Shown: positions 39,701 through 49,306, counted from the first letter of the stretch. The stretch is DNA of 64,000 nt from Ethanoligenens sp. (GCA_047722935.1 JBDNZS010000010.1:2108-66107), one strand, 5' to 3'. Notes: generated by a model not told the origin, from the letters alone. Numbers and translations are program-made.

Positions 39701-41179
39701 TTACAGGATGATACAAATCAGCCCGCCGCACCCTTCGTTGATGATGCGTTCCAATGTCTCCTGCAATTTTTCCCGCGCGTCGGCGGGCATATGATACAGT
39801 TTATTGTGCAGACCCTCTGTAACCAGTTCCTGCAACGACTTGCCAAAAATATTTGAGTCCCATATCTTCTCCGGGTCCTCCTCAAATTCCTTGAGCAAAT
39901 AATCCACCAGTTCTTCCGATTGCTTTTCCGAACCGACGATGGGGTTGATCTCCGAAACCACGCGGCATTTGAGCATATGGATTGATTCCGAGCTGGCTTT
40001 CAGGCGCACACCGTAGCGACCGCTCTGGTGAACAATCTCCGGGTCTTCCAGCGTCATTTCTTCCATTGTGGGCATCACAATCCCATAGCCGGTGGCTTTT
40101 ACCTCATCGAGCGCGTTTTTTACCTTATCATACTCTTTCTTAGAAGCCGCAAGGCTCTGCATGAGTTCAATGAGATCTCCTTCACTGGTGATCTCAAAAC
40201 CGGTTGCTTCCCCCAGCACCTTGTAAAACAAACCCGGCTGCACATCCACTTTCAGTCCTGCGGTGCCGCGGCCCAAATCGACGCTGGCAAGCTTGACCTC
40301 GGTGACATATTCGTTTTCCTTGATGCCGTCCAGTGCGCCGCGCACCTCGCGGATTTTCGAGATGCCCTGTGCCGAATCGTGGATGGTACTGTAAAGCGAT
40401 GTATGCAGCCAGTGGTCGGGCTCTAGCGCGGCAATCCAGTCAGGCAGATCGACGCCGATCTCTTTAACCGGAAACTCAAACAACACGGTCTCAATAATAC
40501 TGCGAATCTCCGCTTCCCCCAGCTCCACACAGTTGACCGGAAGCACCGGCACATTGTACTTTGCCTCCATGCCGGACCGCAGTGTCTGCGTATCCTCAGC
40601 AGTCGGATGAACACTGTTGAGCAGGATGACGAACGGCTTTTCTATTTCTTTGAGCTCGTTTATCACCCGTTCCTCCGCCTCGGCATATTCGTCGCGCGGG
40701 ATTTCCCCGATGGAACCGTCGGTCGTTATCACAAGGCCGATGGTGGAATGCTCGGTGATAACTTTACGGGTACCAATCTCGGCAGCCATGTTGAACGGAA
40801 TCTCTTTGTCGAACCACGGCGTCATTACCATACGGGGATTATCATTTTCTATGTAGCCCAACGCGCTGGGGACGATATACCCCACACAGTCGATCATCCT
40901 GACGCGAAATTTCGCGTTGTCTGCCAGTGTGATTTCCACTGCCTCATTGGGAATGAATTTCGGCTCGGTGGTCATAATAGTACGTCCCGCAGCACTCTGC
41001 GGCAGTTCGTCAACCGCGCGGTCATGTTTGTAACTGCCCTCAATATTAGGGATGACCAGCGTTTCCATAAACCGTTTGATAAAGGTCGATTTTCCGGTGC
41101 GGACGGGGCCGACCACCCCGATATAAATGTCGCCGTCCGTCCGCTGTGCGATATCCTGATAGATGCTGCGGCTGTCCAT
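39701..41179 (-). CDS. spoIVA: Stage IV sporulation protein A (spore-coat morphogenetic ATPase)
   Basis: 492 aa from MDSRSIYQDIAQRTDGDIYIGVVGPVRTGKSTFIKRF (Walker A). A strong RBS AAGGAGG is present. Confidence 0.95.
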   Translation of the reverse strand: MDSRSIYQDIAQRTDGDIYIGVVGPVRTGKSTFIKRFMETLVIPNIEGSYKHDRAVDELPQSAAGRTIMTTEPKFIPNEAVEITLADNAKFRVRMIDCVGYIVPSALGYIENDNPRMVMTPWFDKEIPFNMAAEIGTRKVITEHSTIGLVITTDGSIGEIPRDEYAEAEERVINELKEIEKPFVILLNSVHPTAEDTQTLRSGMEAKYNVPVLPVNCVELGEAEIRSIIETVLFEFPVKEIGVDLPDWIAALEPDHWLHTSLYSTIHDSAQGISKIREVRGALDGIKENEYVTEVKLASVDLGRGTAGLKVDVQPGLFYKVLGEATGFEITSEGDLIELMQSLAASKKEYDKVKNALDEVKATGYGIVMPTMEEMTLEDPEIVHQSGRYGVRLKASSESIHMLKCRVVSEINPIVGSEKQSEELVDYLLKEFEEDPEKIWDSNIFGKSLQELVTEGLHNKLYHMPADAREKLQETLERIINEGCGGLICIIL

Positions 41180-41350
41180 GCCCGTTCCTCCTTGTTTGCT
41201 TTTCGTGGGTTCCCGGTTGTTTCCGCATATGCGGAGAGCGGTTGGGAACCCCATTTATGTCAGTGATTGATCGACCGCCTTGTTTTTCGCATGTTCAGCC
41301 GCGTATACGGCATCATACTGCACGTATCCCAGCGGCGGCGGTTTGGCTTC

Positions 41351-42913
41351 TTATCCTTTGTGGCGGCGCTGCTTAGGAATCAGCAGCATGCTGCGCGCAT
41401 CCAGCGCGTCATCTTCCAAATTGTTCTCCCGCTTGATGCCATCCGGCGATGTATTATACCGTTTTGCAATATCCCAAACGCTTTCGCCTTTATCCGCAAA
41501 ATACAGGGTCAACGTTTTCTGCGGCGGCAGTTCTTTGGGTTGGGAATCGTCCACATCCAGCTCGGTGAGCGCATTTTCCTGCAAAACCGCATAGACTGTC
41601 GCATCCACGGCGCATTCAACGCGCAGGTCCAGCCGGTTCGGCCCCGTCAACGTGTAGCTGCTGGAAACCACATGCAAATCCGGATCACCGCGCATCGTCT
41701 TGGCCGCATTTTTGACTTCTTCCTTGAGGGTGAACGGCACCGTTTTATCCGTGCAGACAGGCCCGCCCTGCATATCCACTGCAAAAACAGCAACTTGCAG
41801 TTCACCCGTGAGCAGCAGCGCCCCGCCTTCAAACCGGCTTTCGGTGAGATGGGCAATCACCGTGCAGTCGGTCACAGACTTCAGTTCCGCGTCATCCAGT
41901 TCCACCGTCTGCCGCACCATTTCGGTTGTATGGATGGTGTCCGCCACATGCAGCAAAGAAATTGGTTTGGACTGGATCGCCACTTCATATTGTGGACTGA
42001 ACACGTCGGTGAGCGTTGTAACTTCTCTGGTGCGATAAGCAGTTACTTCCGCTGTGACGGTCATTTGCACATCCAGCTTGCGGTTTTCGCCTTCACCGTC
42101 GGGCTGCACGTTGGATTTGACCACACCGGGAATCAGCCGCAGGGTGCATCCGCAATCTTCATCCACACCAGGCAGGTCGATGATCTGGCTGATCGGGATA
42201 GCGTGCTCCATCACCTCCACACCGCCTTCGCCTTCCTCTGATTCGGCACTGTAGAGCGTTTTGAGCCGCACTTCGCCTTTAGCGATGACCTTGTTGCTGA
42301 TCAGCTTGTAGTCCTGCACCACGGCGACTGCGTCGGTCTTGATGATGGAAGCGACAGCAGGCTTTCCATAACTGATTTCCAGCTCTTCATGCACATCGAA
42401 CGGCTTTTCAGCCGACCCGACATGTGCACTGCAATGCACCGGCCTGCTCCTTGATTCCAACTGTTCAGTCTGTACACCGCTGATAAATTCCTGTTCCCGT
42501 TCGCACAGAACCTTTGCGCGGATAGAAATAGAACCGCGCACCTGTACCCGCCTTGGACCAATCAAGCGGCAATTGACATAGACCACCCGTGCCCTGACCC
42601 GCGCCCGGGCCTCCTCACACTCCTCGTTTAAGTCGAACGTGTGTGTAAAAGCCGTTTCATGCGTGAGGCAGCGCACGTTGCAGGAGTTCTCGGTGATATA
42701 AAGGACACGAATATAAAAGGTGCCGCTGACGGTCAGACGTGCGCCGTCCACCTGCTTGGCATCAATCTCCGCACAGCCCTCTGTTTTGAGCACGCGCGAA
42801 ACATCGGGGCAGTAGTCAGGCAGGATGATGTCGCAGTCCACAGGATGATCGGCGGCGGTGTCCAGAACAGGCGCGCTGACACGAACCGTATCCCGCGTGA
42901 TGGGCAAATCCAT
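41351..42913 (-). CDS. DUF3794-repeat protein with a C-terminal LysM domain (SipL-like spore morphogenetic protein)
   Basis: 520 aa. The N-terminus VDCDIILPDYCPDVSRVLK is typical of DUF3794. The C-terminal LysM is YFADKGESVWDIAKRYNTSPDGIKRENNL. It lies directly upstream of spoIVA on the same strand. Confidence 0.75.
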   Translation of the reverse strand: MDLPITRDTVRVSAPVLDTAADHPVDCDIILPDYCPDVSRVLKTEGCAEIDAKQVDGARLTVSGTFYIRVLYITENSCNVRCLTHETAFTHTFDLNEECEEARARVRARVVYVNCRLIGPRRVQVRGSISIRAKVLCEREQEFISGVQTEQLESRSRPVHCSAHVGSAEKPFDVHEELEISYGKPAVASIIKTDAVAVVQDYKLISNKVIAKGEVRLKTLYSAESEEGEGGVEVMEHAIPISQIIDLPGVDEDCGCTLRLIPGVVKSNVQPDGEGENRKLDVQMTVTAEVTAYRTREVTTLTDVFSPQYEVAIQSKPISLLHVADTIHTTEMVRQTVELDDAELKSVTDCTVIAHLTESRFEGGALLLTGELQVAVFAVDMQGGPVCTDKTVPFTLKEEVKNAAKTMRGDPDLHVVSSSYTLTGPNRLDLRVECAVDATVYAVLQENALTELDVDDSQPKELPPQKTLTLYFADKGESVWDIAKRYNTSPDGIKRENNLEDDALDARSMLLIPKQRRHKG

Positions 42914-43192
42914 AGGTTATCTCTCCTTTAGACGCAGGGCGCGACGGCAAACGGCGCGCGCAATGCGCGATTTGGCGGTTCACCACAGGGGCGGACGTGC
43001 TTTGACGACCGCGTGATGGCGAGCCCCTTTATTTCGATTGGCAGTACCATGTATATTCACCGTTGTCCTCATTATGCAGCTTTTGCCGCGCAAATGAGGA
43101 AAACTGTCCGCCGAACCGTCTGCACACCTTGCTTTTTGCCTCTTTCTATCGTATAATGAGATATCTCAATTTTTTAATGAGATCTGCCAATG

Positions 43193-43228
43193 CCAAAAAG
43201 GCTGTGCGCCTTTTTGACGCACAGCCTT
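43193..43228 (-). terminator. Rho-independent terminator of hcp
   Basis: On the minus strand, aaggctgtgcg ... cgcacagcctt is followed by TTTTTGG. Confidence 0.8.
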
Positions 43229-43243
43229 CAGCATTTCTTAATT

Positions 43244-44806
43244 TTATTTTGCAAGCAGCTTTTGCAAATCCGCTTCTGCGGTAGAGATAGGCGTTAGTCC
43301 AAATTTGCTTACCAACACATTCAGCACACCCGGCGACACAAACGCCGGCAAGGAGGGACCGATGTGAATATTCTGAATGCCCAGCGACAGCAATGTGAGC
43401 AGGATACATACCGCTTTTTGTTCATACCACGAAAGCACCATACTAAGCGGCAGCTCGTTCACGCCCACGCCGAACGCTTCTGACAACGCAAGAGCAACCC
43501 GGATAGCGCCGTAAGCGTCATTACATTGTCCCATATCCAGCAAACGCGGGATACCGCCGATCTCCCCCAGATCCAAATCGTTGAAACGGTATTTCCCGCA
43601 AGCCAATGTCAGGATCACCGTATCTTTGGGGGATTTTTCCACAAATTCAGTGTAGTAGTTCCGTCCGGGCTTGGCGCCATCGCAGCCGCCTACCAAGAAG
43701 AAATGTTTGATGGCGCCGGCTTTGACCGCATCAATTACTTTATCGGCCACAGAAAGCACCGTGCCCCAGCCGAATCCGGTGGTTAAGGTCTCGCCGCCAT
43801 TGATACCGGTCATCTTGCGTCCTTCAGGATACCCGCCCAATTCCAGCGCCCGTTTGATAACCGGCGTAAAGTCCTTTTCTTCCCCGATGTGCACCAATCC
43901 GGGATAGGACACAACCTCGGTAGTAAACACACGGTCGGCATAGCTCGGTTTAACTGGCATGATGCAGTTGGTGGTAAACAGTACCGCACCTTTTAAATCC
44001 GCAAACTCTTTCTGCTGATTTTGCCATGCCGTACCAAAATTGCCTTTAAGCTGCGGATAGGCTTTCAGTTTGGGGTAGGCATGTGCAGGCAGCATTTCCC
44101 CATGTGTATAAACATTGACGCCCTTGCCTGCCGTTTGTTTGAGCAGCAGCTCTAAATCTTTCAGGTCATGTCCAGAAACGACAATGAATGGTCCGGGTGC
44201 AAGGTTGGTGGTAACTTTCGTTGGCTCTGGCGTACCATAGGTTTCCGTATTGGCTTTGTCCAGCAGTTCCATGCATTTGAGATTCACCTGTCCGCATTCC
44301 ATCGTCAAGGCAAGCAGTTCGTCAATGGTATGCTCTTCCCCAACGGCACGCAGCCCTTTTATAAAAAATGCATCAACTGTGTCGTCTATATAGCCCAGAA
44401 CACGCGCATGATATGCATATGCCGCCATGCCGCGCATCCCAAACAGCAGAAGGCTCTTCAGTGAACGCACATCGTCCTGTGCATTCCATATAGATTGCAT
44501 GTCGAGCACCTTAGGTGCTTGTTCGCCGCCTAACGCAAGCGCCAATTCTTTCGCTTCTGCTATCTGTTCGCGAATAGCTTCATCGTCAAATGCCACATTG
44601 GTCACGGTAACAAACAACCCACTTATGATTACCTGCCGCAGATGATCCGACGGGTCTTGTCCCGCTAAACGTGCCAGTGCAACAAGCGTGCCTGTCAGTT
44701 CATCCTGCAAATTTGCTGTAGCCGGTTTTTTCCCACAGACACCTGCCACTGTGCATCCGCACCCTTTTGCTGTTTGCTCACACTGAAAACAAAACATTTC
44801 AGACAT
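43244..44806 (-). CDS. hcp: Hydroxylamine reductase / hybrid-cluster protein
   Basis: The N-terminal Cys cluster is MFCFQCEQTAKGCGC, with full-length Hcp similarity. The ATG at 44806 follows AGGAGG. Confidence 0.95.
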   Translation of the reverse strand: MSEMFCFQCEQTAKGCGCTVAGVCGKKPATANLQDELTGTLVALARLAGQDPSDHLRQVIISGLFVTVTNVAFDDEAIREQIAEAKELALALGGEQAPKVLDMQSIWNAQDDVRSLKSLLLFGMRGMAAYAYHARVLGYIDDTVDAFFIKGLRAVGEEHTIDELLALTMECGQVNLKCMELLDKANTETYGTPEPTKVTTNLAPGPFIVVSGHDLKDLELLLKQTAGKGVNVYTHGEMLPAHAYPKLKAYPQLKGNFGTAWQNQQKEFADLKGAVLFTTNCIMPVKPSYADRVFTTEVVSYPGLVHIGEEKDFTPVIKRALELGGYPEGRKMTGINGGETLTTGFGWGTVLSVADKVIDAVKAGAIKHFFLVGGCDGAKPGRNYYTEFVEKSPKDTVILTLACGKYRFNDLDLGEIGGIPRLLDMGQCNDAYGAIRVALALSEAFGVGVNELPLSMVLSWYEQKAVCILLTLLSLGIQNIHIGPSLPAFVSPGVLNVLVSKFGLTPISTAEADLQKLLAK

Positions 44807-44846
44807 TTTTATTCCTCCTAAAAATATGGCCATGCAGTTGCGCATG

Positions 44847-44875
44847 TTGACTTGATTTCATGTGCCTAGTATAGT
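44847..44875 (+). promoter_or_regulatory. Near-consensus promoter for the Crp/Fnr-family gene in the hcp divergent region
   Basis: TTGACT, a 17-nt spacer, then TATAGT. Confidence 0.55.
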
Positions 44876-44921
44876 ACAATCGAAGCATCAAATCGGTTGT
44901 CTTCACAACGGAGGAATCAAC

Positions 44922-45596
44922 TTGCAACATCAATATGAATACATGGCCACAATGCCGCTTTTTGCACACATCCAAGCCGATGAATTAGAAAAGCTCCTGC
45001 CCTGCCTGGGCGCGCAAACCAAAAATGTTGCCAAGGGAGGGATTGTCCTGCTGGCAGGCGATCCGGTTGAAAACGTCGGTTTAATATTGAGCGGCACCGC
45101 GCAGATTGTGCGGGAAGATGAGGCTGGCAATCGCAATATGCTGGGACGCGTGGAACCCGGCGACCTTTTTGCAGAGATGTTTGCCTGCATCGGCGTAGCA
45201 TATGCGCCGGTAACGGTTGTGGCGGAAACCGACGTCAGCGCCTTGTTTCTCAATTTTCGCCGTATCATTCACAGCTGTACATCGGCCTGTGCGTTCCACT
45301 CCCGTCTGGTGGAAAATATGCTGCGTCTATTTGCCCAAAAAACATTGGCACTCAATGAAAAATTGGATTGTGTCGGCCGCCGCACGCTGCATGAAAAAGT
45401 CCATGCATTTCTTACGATACAGCGGGAGCAGCAGCAATGCAATCCGTTTTCTATCGCTTACTCCCGCGCGGAAATGGCCGATTACCTTTGTGTGGATCGC
45501 AGCGCATTATCTGCCATGCTCAGCCGCATGAAACAAAATGGTGAAATCGACTATCAAAAAAATCACTTTACACTGTTACCGGATTTTTACCCATAA
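44922..45596 (+). CDS. Crp/Fnr family transcriptional regulator (HcpR-like by position)
   Basis: cNMP-binding-type N-domain and a C-terminal HTH RAEMADYLCVDRSALSAMLSRMKQNG. A TTG start lies 7 nt after GGAGG. It is divergent from hcp. Confidence 0.85.
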   Translation: MQHQYEYMATMPLFAHIQADELEKLLPCLGAQTKNVAKGGIVLLAGDPVENVGLILSGTAQIVREDEAGNRNMLGRVEPGDLFAEMFACIGVAYAPVTVVAETDVSALFLNFRRIIHSCTSACAFHSRLVENMLRLFAQKTLALNEKLDCVGRRTLHEKVHAFLTIQREQQQCNPFSIAYSRAEMADYLCVDRSALSAMLSRMKQNGEIDYQKNHFTLLPDFYP

Positions 45597-45622
45597 ATCC
45601 GGTTAGCCCAAAAGGATACACC

Positions 45623-46966
45623 ATGGCACAGGATGTTTTTGAAAAATTGCAGATTTTGTCTGATGCCGCCAAGTATGACGCCGCCTGCACTTCCAGCGGC
45701 GTGGATCGTCCATCCACACCCGGCCAGATGGGCAGCGCCGTCGCATGTGGAATCTGCCACAGCTTCGCGGGCGACGGGCGGTGCATCTCCTTACTAAAGG
45801 TGCTAATGACCAACAGCTGCGTCTATGACTGCAAATATTGTGTGAACCGCCATTCCAATGATACGCCGCGTGCCACATTTACGCCCAAGGAGCTGGCGGA
45901 ACTCACCATACAGTTTTACAGACGCAACTATATTGAAGGACTGTTTCTGAGTTCGGGCATTTTGCGCGACCCCGATTACACCTGTGAGCGGATGATTGAG
46001 ACCCTGCGACTGCTGCGGGAGGATTATCACTTTGCCGGATATATCCACGCCAAGGCGATTCCTGGTGCGGACAGCGCGTTGATTGCCCGCTTAGGAACAC
46101 TGGCCGACCGCATCAGCGTCAACATTGAAATGCCCTCTCATGAAAGTTTGCAGCTGTTGGCACCGGACAAATCCAAACTCTCCATTTTAAAACCAATGGG
46201 CTTTATCACCGGGCGCATCGCGGAAAACAGCACCGATCTCGTCAAATATCGGAACGCGCCGCGCTTTGCCCCCGCCGGACAAAGCACCCAGATGATCGTT
46301 GGTGCAACGCCGGAAAGTGACTACCAGATTCTCCGCCTGTCGGAAGCGCTTTATGGAAAATACAAACTAAAACGAGTCTTTTATTCCGCTTATATGCCCA
46401 TGAACGAGGATTCTTTGCTGCCGGCAGTGGATGTCAAGCCACCCCTGCTGCGCGAACACCGCCTATATCAGGCCGATTGGCTGCTGCGGTTCTATGGCTT
46501 CTCTGCGGATGAACTGCTGGACAGCGCACACCCGGATTTCAATCCTTATCTCGACCCCAAGTGCAACTGGGCGCTGCATCATTTAGAACAGTTTCCGGTC
46601 GAGGTTAATCGCGCCGATTACCCCACGCTGCTGCGCGTACCGGGCATCGGAGTCGTCAGCGCGAAACGCATCATCCGGGCAAGGCGTGTAGGCGCGCTGG
46701 ACTTCGACGCCTTGAAAAAATTAGGAGTAGTTCTCAAGCGTGCACAATATTTTATCACCTGCCGTGGCAAACAGCGGGAGGGGCTGTCGCATACAAAAGA
46801 CGCATCCATCCGCGCACTGCTGTCCGAAGAGGCACTGGCGCGGTTACAGGAGGATGCGCCGTCTATCATACATTCGCGGCAGCTTTCCTTTTTTGATAAA
46901 CCGGACGCGCCGCAATTATCTCCAACCTGGGAGGACTTGCAAAAATGCCTGACCGGCCAAATCTGA
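45623..46966 (+). CDS. Putative DNA modification/repair radical SAM protein (TIGR03916-like)
   Basis: Radical SAM cluster CVYDCKYC, N-terminus KLQILSDAAKYDAACTSSG, and a C-terminal HhH-like LLRVPGIGVVSAKRIIRAR. The family assignment is from memory. Confidence 0.8.
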   Translation: MAQDVFEKLQILSDAAKYDAACTSSGVDRPSTPGQMGSAVACGICHSFAGDGRCISLLKVLMTNSCVYDCKYCVNRHSNDTPRATFTPKELAELTIQFYRRNYIEGLFLSSGILRDPDYTCERMIETLRLLREDYHFAGYIHAKAIPGADSALIARLGTLADRISVNIEMPSHESLQLLAPDKSKLSILKPMGFITGRIAENSTDLVKYRNAPRFAPAGQSTQMIVGATPESDYQILRLSEALYGKYKLKRVFYSAYMPMNEDSLLPAVDVKPPLLREHRLYQADWLLRFYGFSADELLDSAHPDFNPYLDPKCNWALHHLEQFPVEVNRADYPTLLRVPGIGVVSAKRIIRARRVGALDFDALKKLGVVLKRAQYFITCRGKQREGLSHTKDASIRALLSEEALARLQEDAPSIIHSRQLSFFDKPDAPQLSPTWEDLQKCLTGQI

Positions 46967-47730
46967 TTTACCGTTATGACGGCAGTTTCGACGGCTTGCT
47001 TTGCTGTGTGTTTGAAAGCTATGCCGCCAAAGAAATGCCGATGGACATTGTTTCCGCCGCCCTGCCGCAAACAACGTTGTTCCCTGTCAAGGACATTCTG
47101 TCCGACCCCCGAAAAGCCAAGCGGGTGGAACAATCCATCCCGGAAAAACTGGGGGACGAAATGCTGGAATTTGTTCAGCACGCGTTTTTGACCTGTCTGC
47201 CGCAAAAAGAACGGCACATCCTGCTGTTTTTGCGATTGGGGTATCGGCTCGGCCCCGCGGTGCGAAACCATCTGTCCGACCCAGCCGTAGACATCTTGCA
47301 AAAGGCCGTGCGGCACCTTGGGAATGAGAGTCACCTGCTGAAAGGCTTTATCCGATTCTCGTCCTTCGGCGGCGCGATGATTGCCGAAATTGAGCCAAAG
47401 AATATCGTTTTGCCGCTGTTGTCTTGGCATTTTCGTTCACGTTACCCGGAAGAGCGCTTCCTGATATTGGATAAGACCCACGGCATGGCACTAGTTTACC
47501 GCCCGCATACAGCCCGTATTGTTCCTGTGGAGGAACTGACATTGCCCGAGCCGGACGAAACGGAGCAAACCATGCGCACCCTTTGGAGAGAATACTATGA
47601 CACCATTGAAATCAAAGGACGGCATAACCCACGCTGCCGCATGGGGCATATGCCCAAACGCTATTGGGGCAACCTAACGGAATTTGACCATAGTCCAACC
47701 GGTTTGCAAAACCCGTTCTCTGGTGCATAA
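46945..47730 (+). CDS. TIGR03915-like 'probable DNA metabolism' protein (partner of the radical SAM protein)
   Basis: Contains YRYDGSFDGLLCCVFESY and IEPKNIVLPLLSWHFRSRYPEERFLILD. There is a 22-nt overlap with the upstream radical SAM gene. Confidence 0.7.
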   Translation: MPDRPNLIYRYDGSFDGLLCCVFESYAAKEMPMDIVSAALPQTTLFPVKDILSDPRKAKRVEQSIPEKLGDEMLEFVQHAFLTCLPQKERHILLFLRLGYRLGPAVRNHLSDPAVDILQKAVRHLGNESHLLKGFIRFSSFGGAMIAEIEPKNIVLPLLSWHFRSRYPEERFLILDKTHGMALVYRPHTARIVPVEELTLPEPDETEQTMRTLWREYYDTIEIKGRHNPRCRMGHMPKRYWGNLTEFDHSPTGLQNPFSGA

Positions 47731-47783
47731 CAAACAAGCAGATCGATCCACAAGATCGGTCTGCTTGTTCTCTGCTTCCGTGT

Positions 47784-48449
47784 TCAAATGTCTTTTTGCC
47801 GGTAAAGACGCAGGGACACCAGATAGGAAATAAACAGGATGACCGCCGCAAGCAAGACCAAAATCAGCACCGGCAAAACGGGATGTGAAAAATCCAGCAG
47901 CCATTTCCAAGAAGATTGTCCGATCGTGTCTGGAACATGTTTAAACACCATTCCGACCAGCAAAGACAATCCAAAAACACTGGCGAATATGGCGGGCTGC
48001 GCCTTTGCATATCCAAAACGCAGGATGCAGGGAATCAAAACGCCCTGTGAGGCGGAAACCAACACCAGACCGGCTGTCAACGCCATCGCACATATGCCGC
48101 CTGCGGTGCCCTGTACCCCTATCGCGCAAGCAGCAAAACCAACCCCCAATACCACTGCCAGCACCGTCGCCAAGAGCAGATAAACGCCACGCACCACATC
48201 TGCCTTTCGCTGTGGCAGAAAAGCAAACACCTGCGGTACTTTATCCATTGCGGAAAGCGGAAACATCACCACAAAGTTTATAAATACAAAGCACATAAAA
48301 CCGATGATTGGAATATTACCTGTTGTGAAGTGATCTCGAGCCATTGGAACGATGACCGCAAGCAGAGCTAATGGCAAAATCAAAGCGGCGCGTTTGAAAT
48401 AAGAAACACCCACCAGCAGCAAATACCGCATCATTTTGACCGCATTCAT
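47784..48449 (-). CDS. ABC-2 type transporter permease
   Basis: 221-aa six-TM protein with a 4-nt overlap with the upstream ABC ATPase. Confidence 0.7.
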   Translation of the reverse strand: MNAVKMMRYLLLVGVSYFKRAALILPLALLAVIVPMARDHFTTGNIPIIGFMCFVFINFVVMFPLSAMDKVPQVFAFLPQRKADVVRGVYLLLATVLAVVLGVGFAACAIGVQGTAGGICAMALTAGLVLVSASQGVLIPCILRFGYAKAQPAIFASVFGLSLLVGMVFKHVPDTIGQSSWKWLLDFSHPVLPVLILVLLAAVILFISYLVSLRLYRQKDI

Positions 48450-49306
48450 TGCGCCACCCCCATTGTATGATAGACCACAATGTCATCCAGCGTAGGGCGT
48501 TCACGGATCAAGCCGGCGGGCAAACACGCAGGAAGCGCCTCGATTTTCGCCAATGCTTCAAATCCCATGTGGTTTTCTCGCAAGCCAATCAGGGAGTGCC
48601 GCAGCACCGTATCCAAATCTTCCGGCGCCCCCCGAATGATTTGATATGCTTCCATCAGTTCGTCTTTGTTTTGGGTGAACATTTGACGCCCTTTACAGAT
48701 AAACGTAATATAATCGGCCACCTTTTCCAGATCGGTCGTGATATGCGTCGAGAACAGAACACTGTGTGCACCGTCCGCAATGTACTCTTGCAAAATATTG
48801 AGCAATTCCGTCCGCACGACCGGGTCCAGACCAGAGGTTGGTTCATCCAGCACCAGCAGTTTGGTTTGACGGGACAGCGCCGCCGCCAGCATAAGCCGGG
48901 TCTTCATCCCACGCGAAAAGGTCTTAATTTTTTTGCGGCGCGGCAGCTCAAAGCGCTTCAAATAGGATCGATATGTGGATAGATCAAATGTGTTGAAATA
49001 GATGGAAAACCCTTTTCCCACGTTGTCGGCAGTCCAGTCCTCTGCAAAAATATTTTCGTCTGAAACATAGCCGATGCACTGCTTGACATTCATTTCATCT
49101 TGCAGGTTATCCAATCCATTTACCCAAATACTCCCCGAATTGCGCTGGAACATATTCATAATCAGTTTGATGGTCGTCGTCTTGCCGGAACCGTTCGGCC
49201 CGATCAGCCCCATAATGTATCCCGGTTCCAGCCCAAATGAAATCTCTTGCAGCGCAAAGCCCGACAATTGTCTGCTTACACGGTCAAGTTTCAGAAGTTC
49301 TGTCAC
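48446..49306 (-). CDS. ABC transporter ATP-binding protein
   Basis: Walker A GPNGSGKTT, a signature-like FSRGMKTRL, and Walker B LVLDEPTSGLD. Confidence 0.9.
   Translation of the reverse strand: MTELLKLDRVSRQLSGFALQEISFGLEPGYIMGLIGPNGSGKTTTIKLIMNMFQRNSGSIWVNGLDNLQDEMNVKQCIGYVSDENIFAEDWTADNVGKGFSIYFNTFDLSTYRSYLKRFELPRRKKIKTFSRGMKTRLMLAAALSRQTKLLVLDEPTSGLDPVVRTELLNILQEYIADGAHSVLFSTHITTDLEKVADYITFICKGRQMFTQNKDELMEAYQIIRGAPEDLDTVLRHSLIGLRENHMGFEALAKIEALPACLPAGLIRERPTLDDIVVYHTMGVAQ

Noticed and set aside
40607-42241. + strand ORFs of 219 and 324 aa.
   Set aside because: They are antisense shadows of spoIVA and the SipL-like gene, with an implausible composition rich in His, Arg and Phe.
44807-44921. 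An FNR/CRP-type palindrome (TTGAT-N4-ATCAA or TGTGA-N6-TCACA) for the HcpR-like regulator in the hcp divergent region.
   Set aside because: Only imperfect pieces are present (TTGACttgaTTTCA and short TTGT...ACAA), and no convincing dyad is seen. The operator, if any, cannot be called by eye.
46618-47430. A 270-aa minus-strand ORF.
   Set aside because: It is antisense to the radical SAM / TIGR03915-like pair, whose own translations carry clear family motifs.
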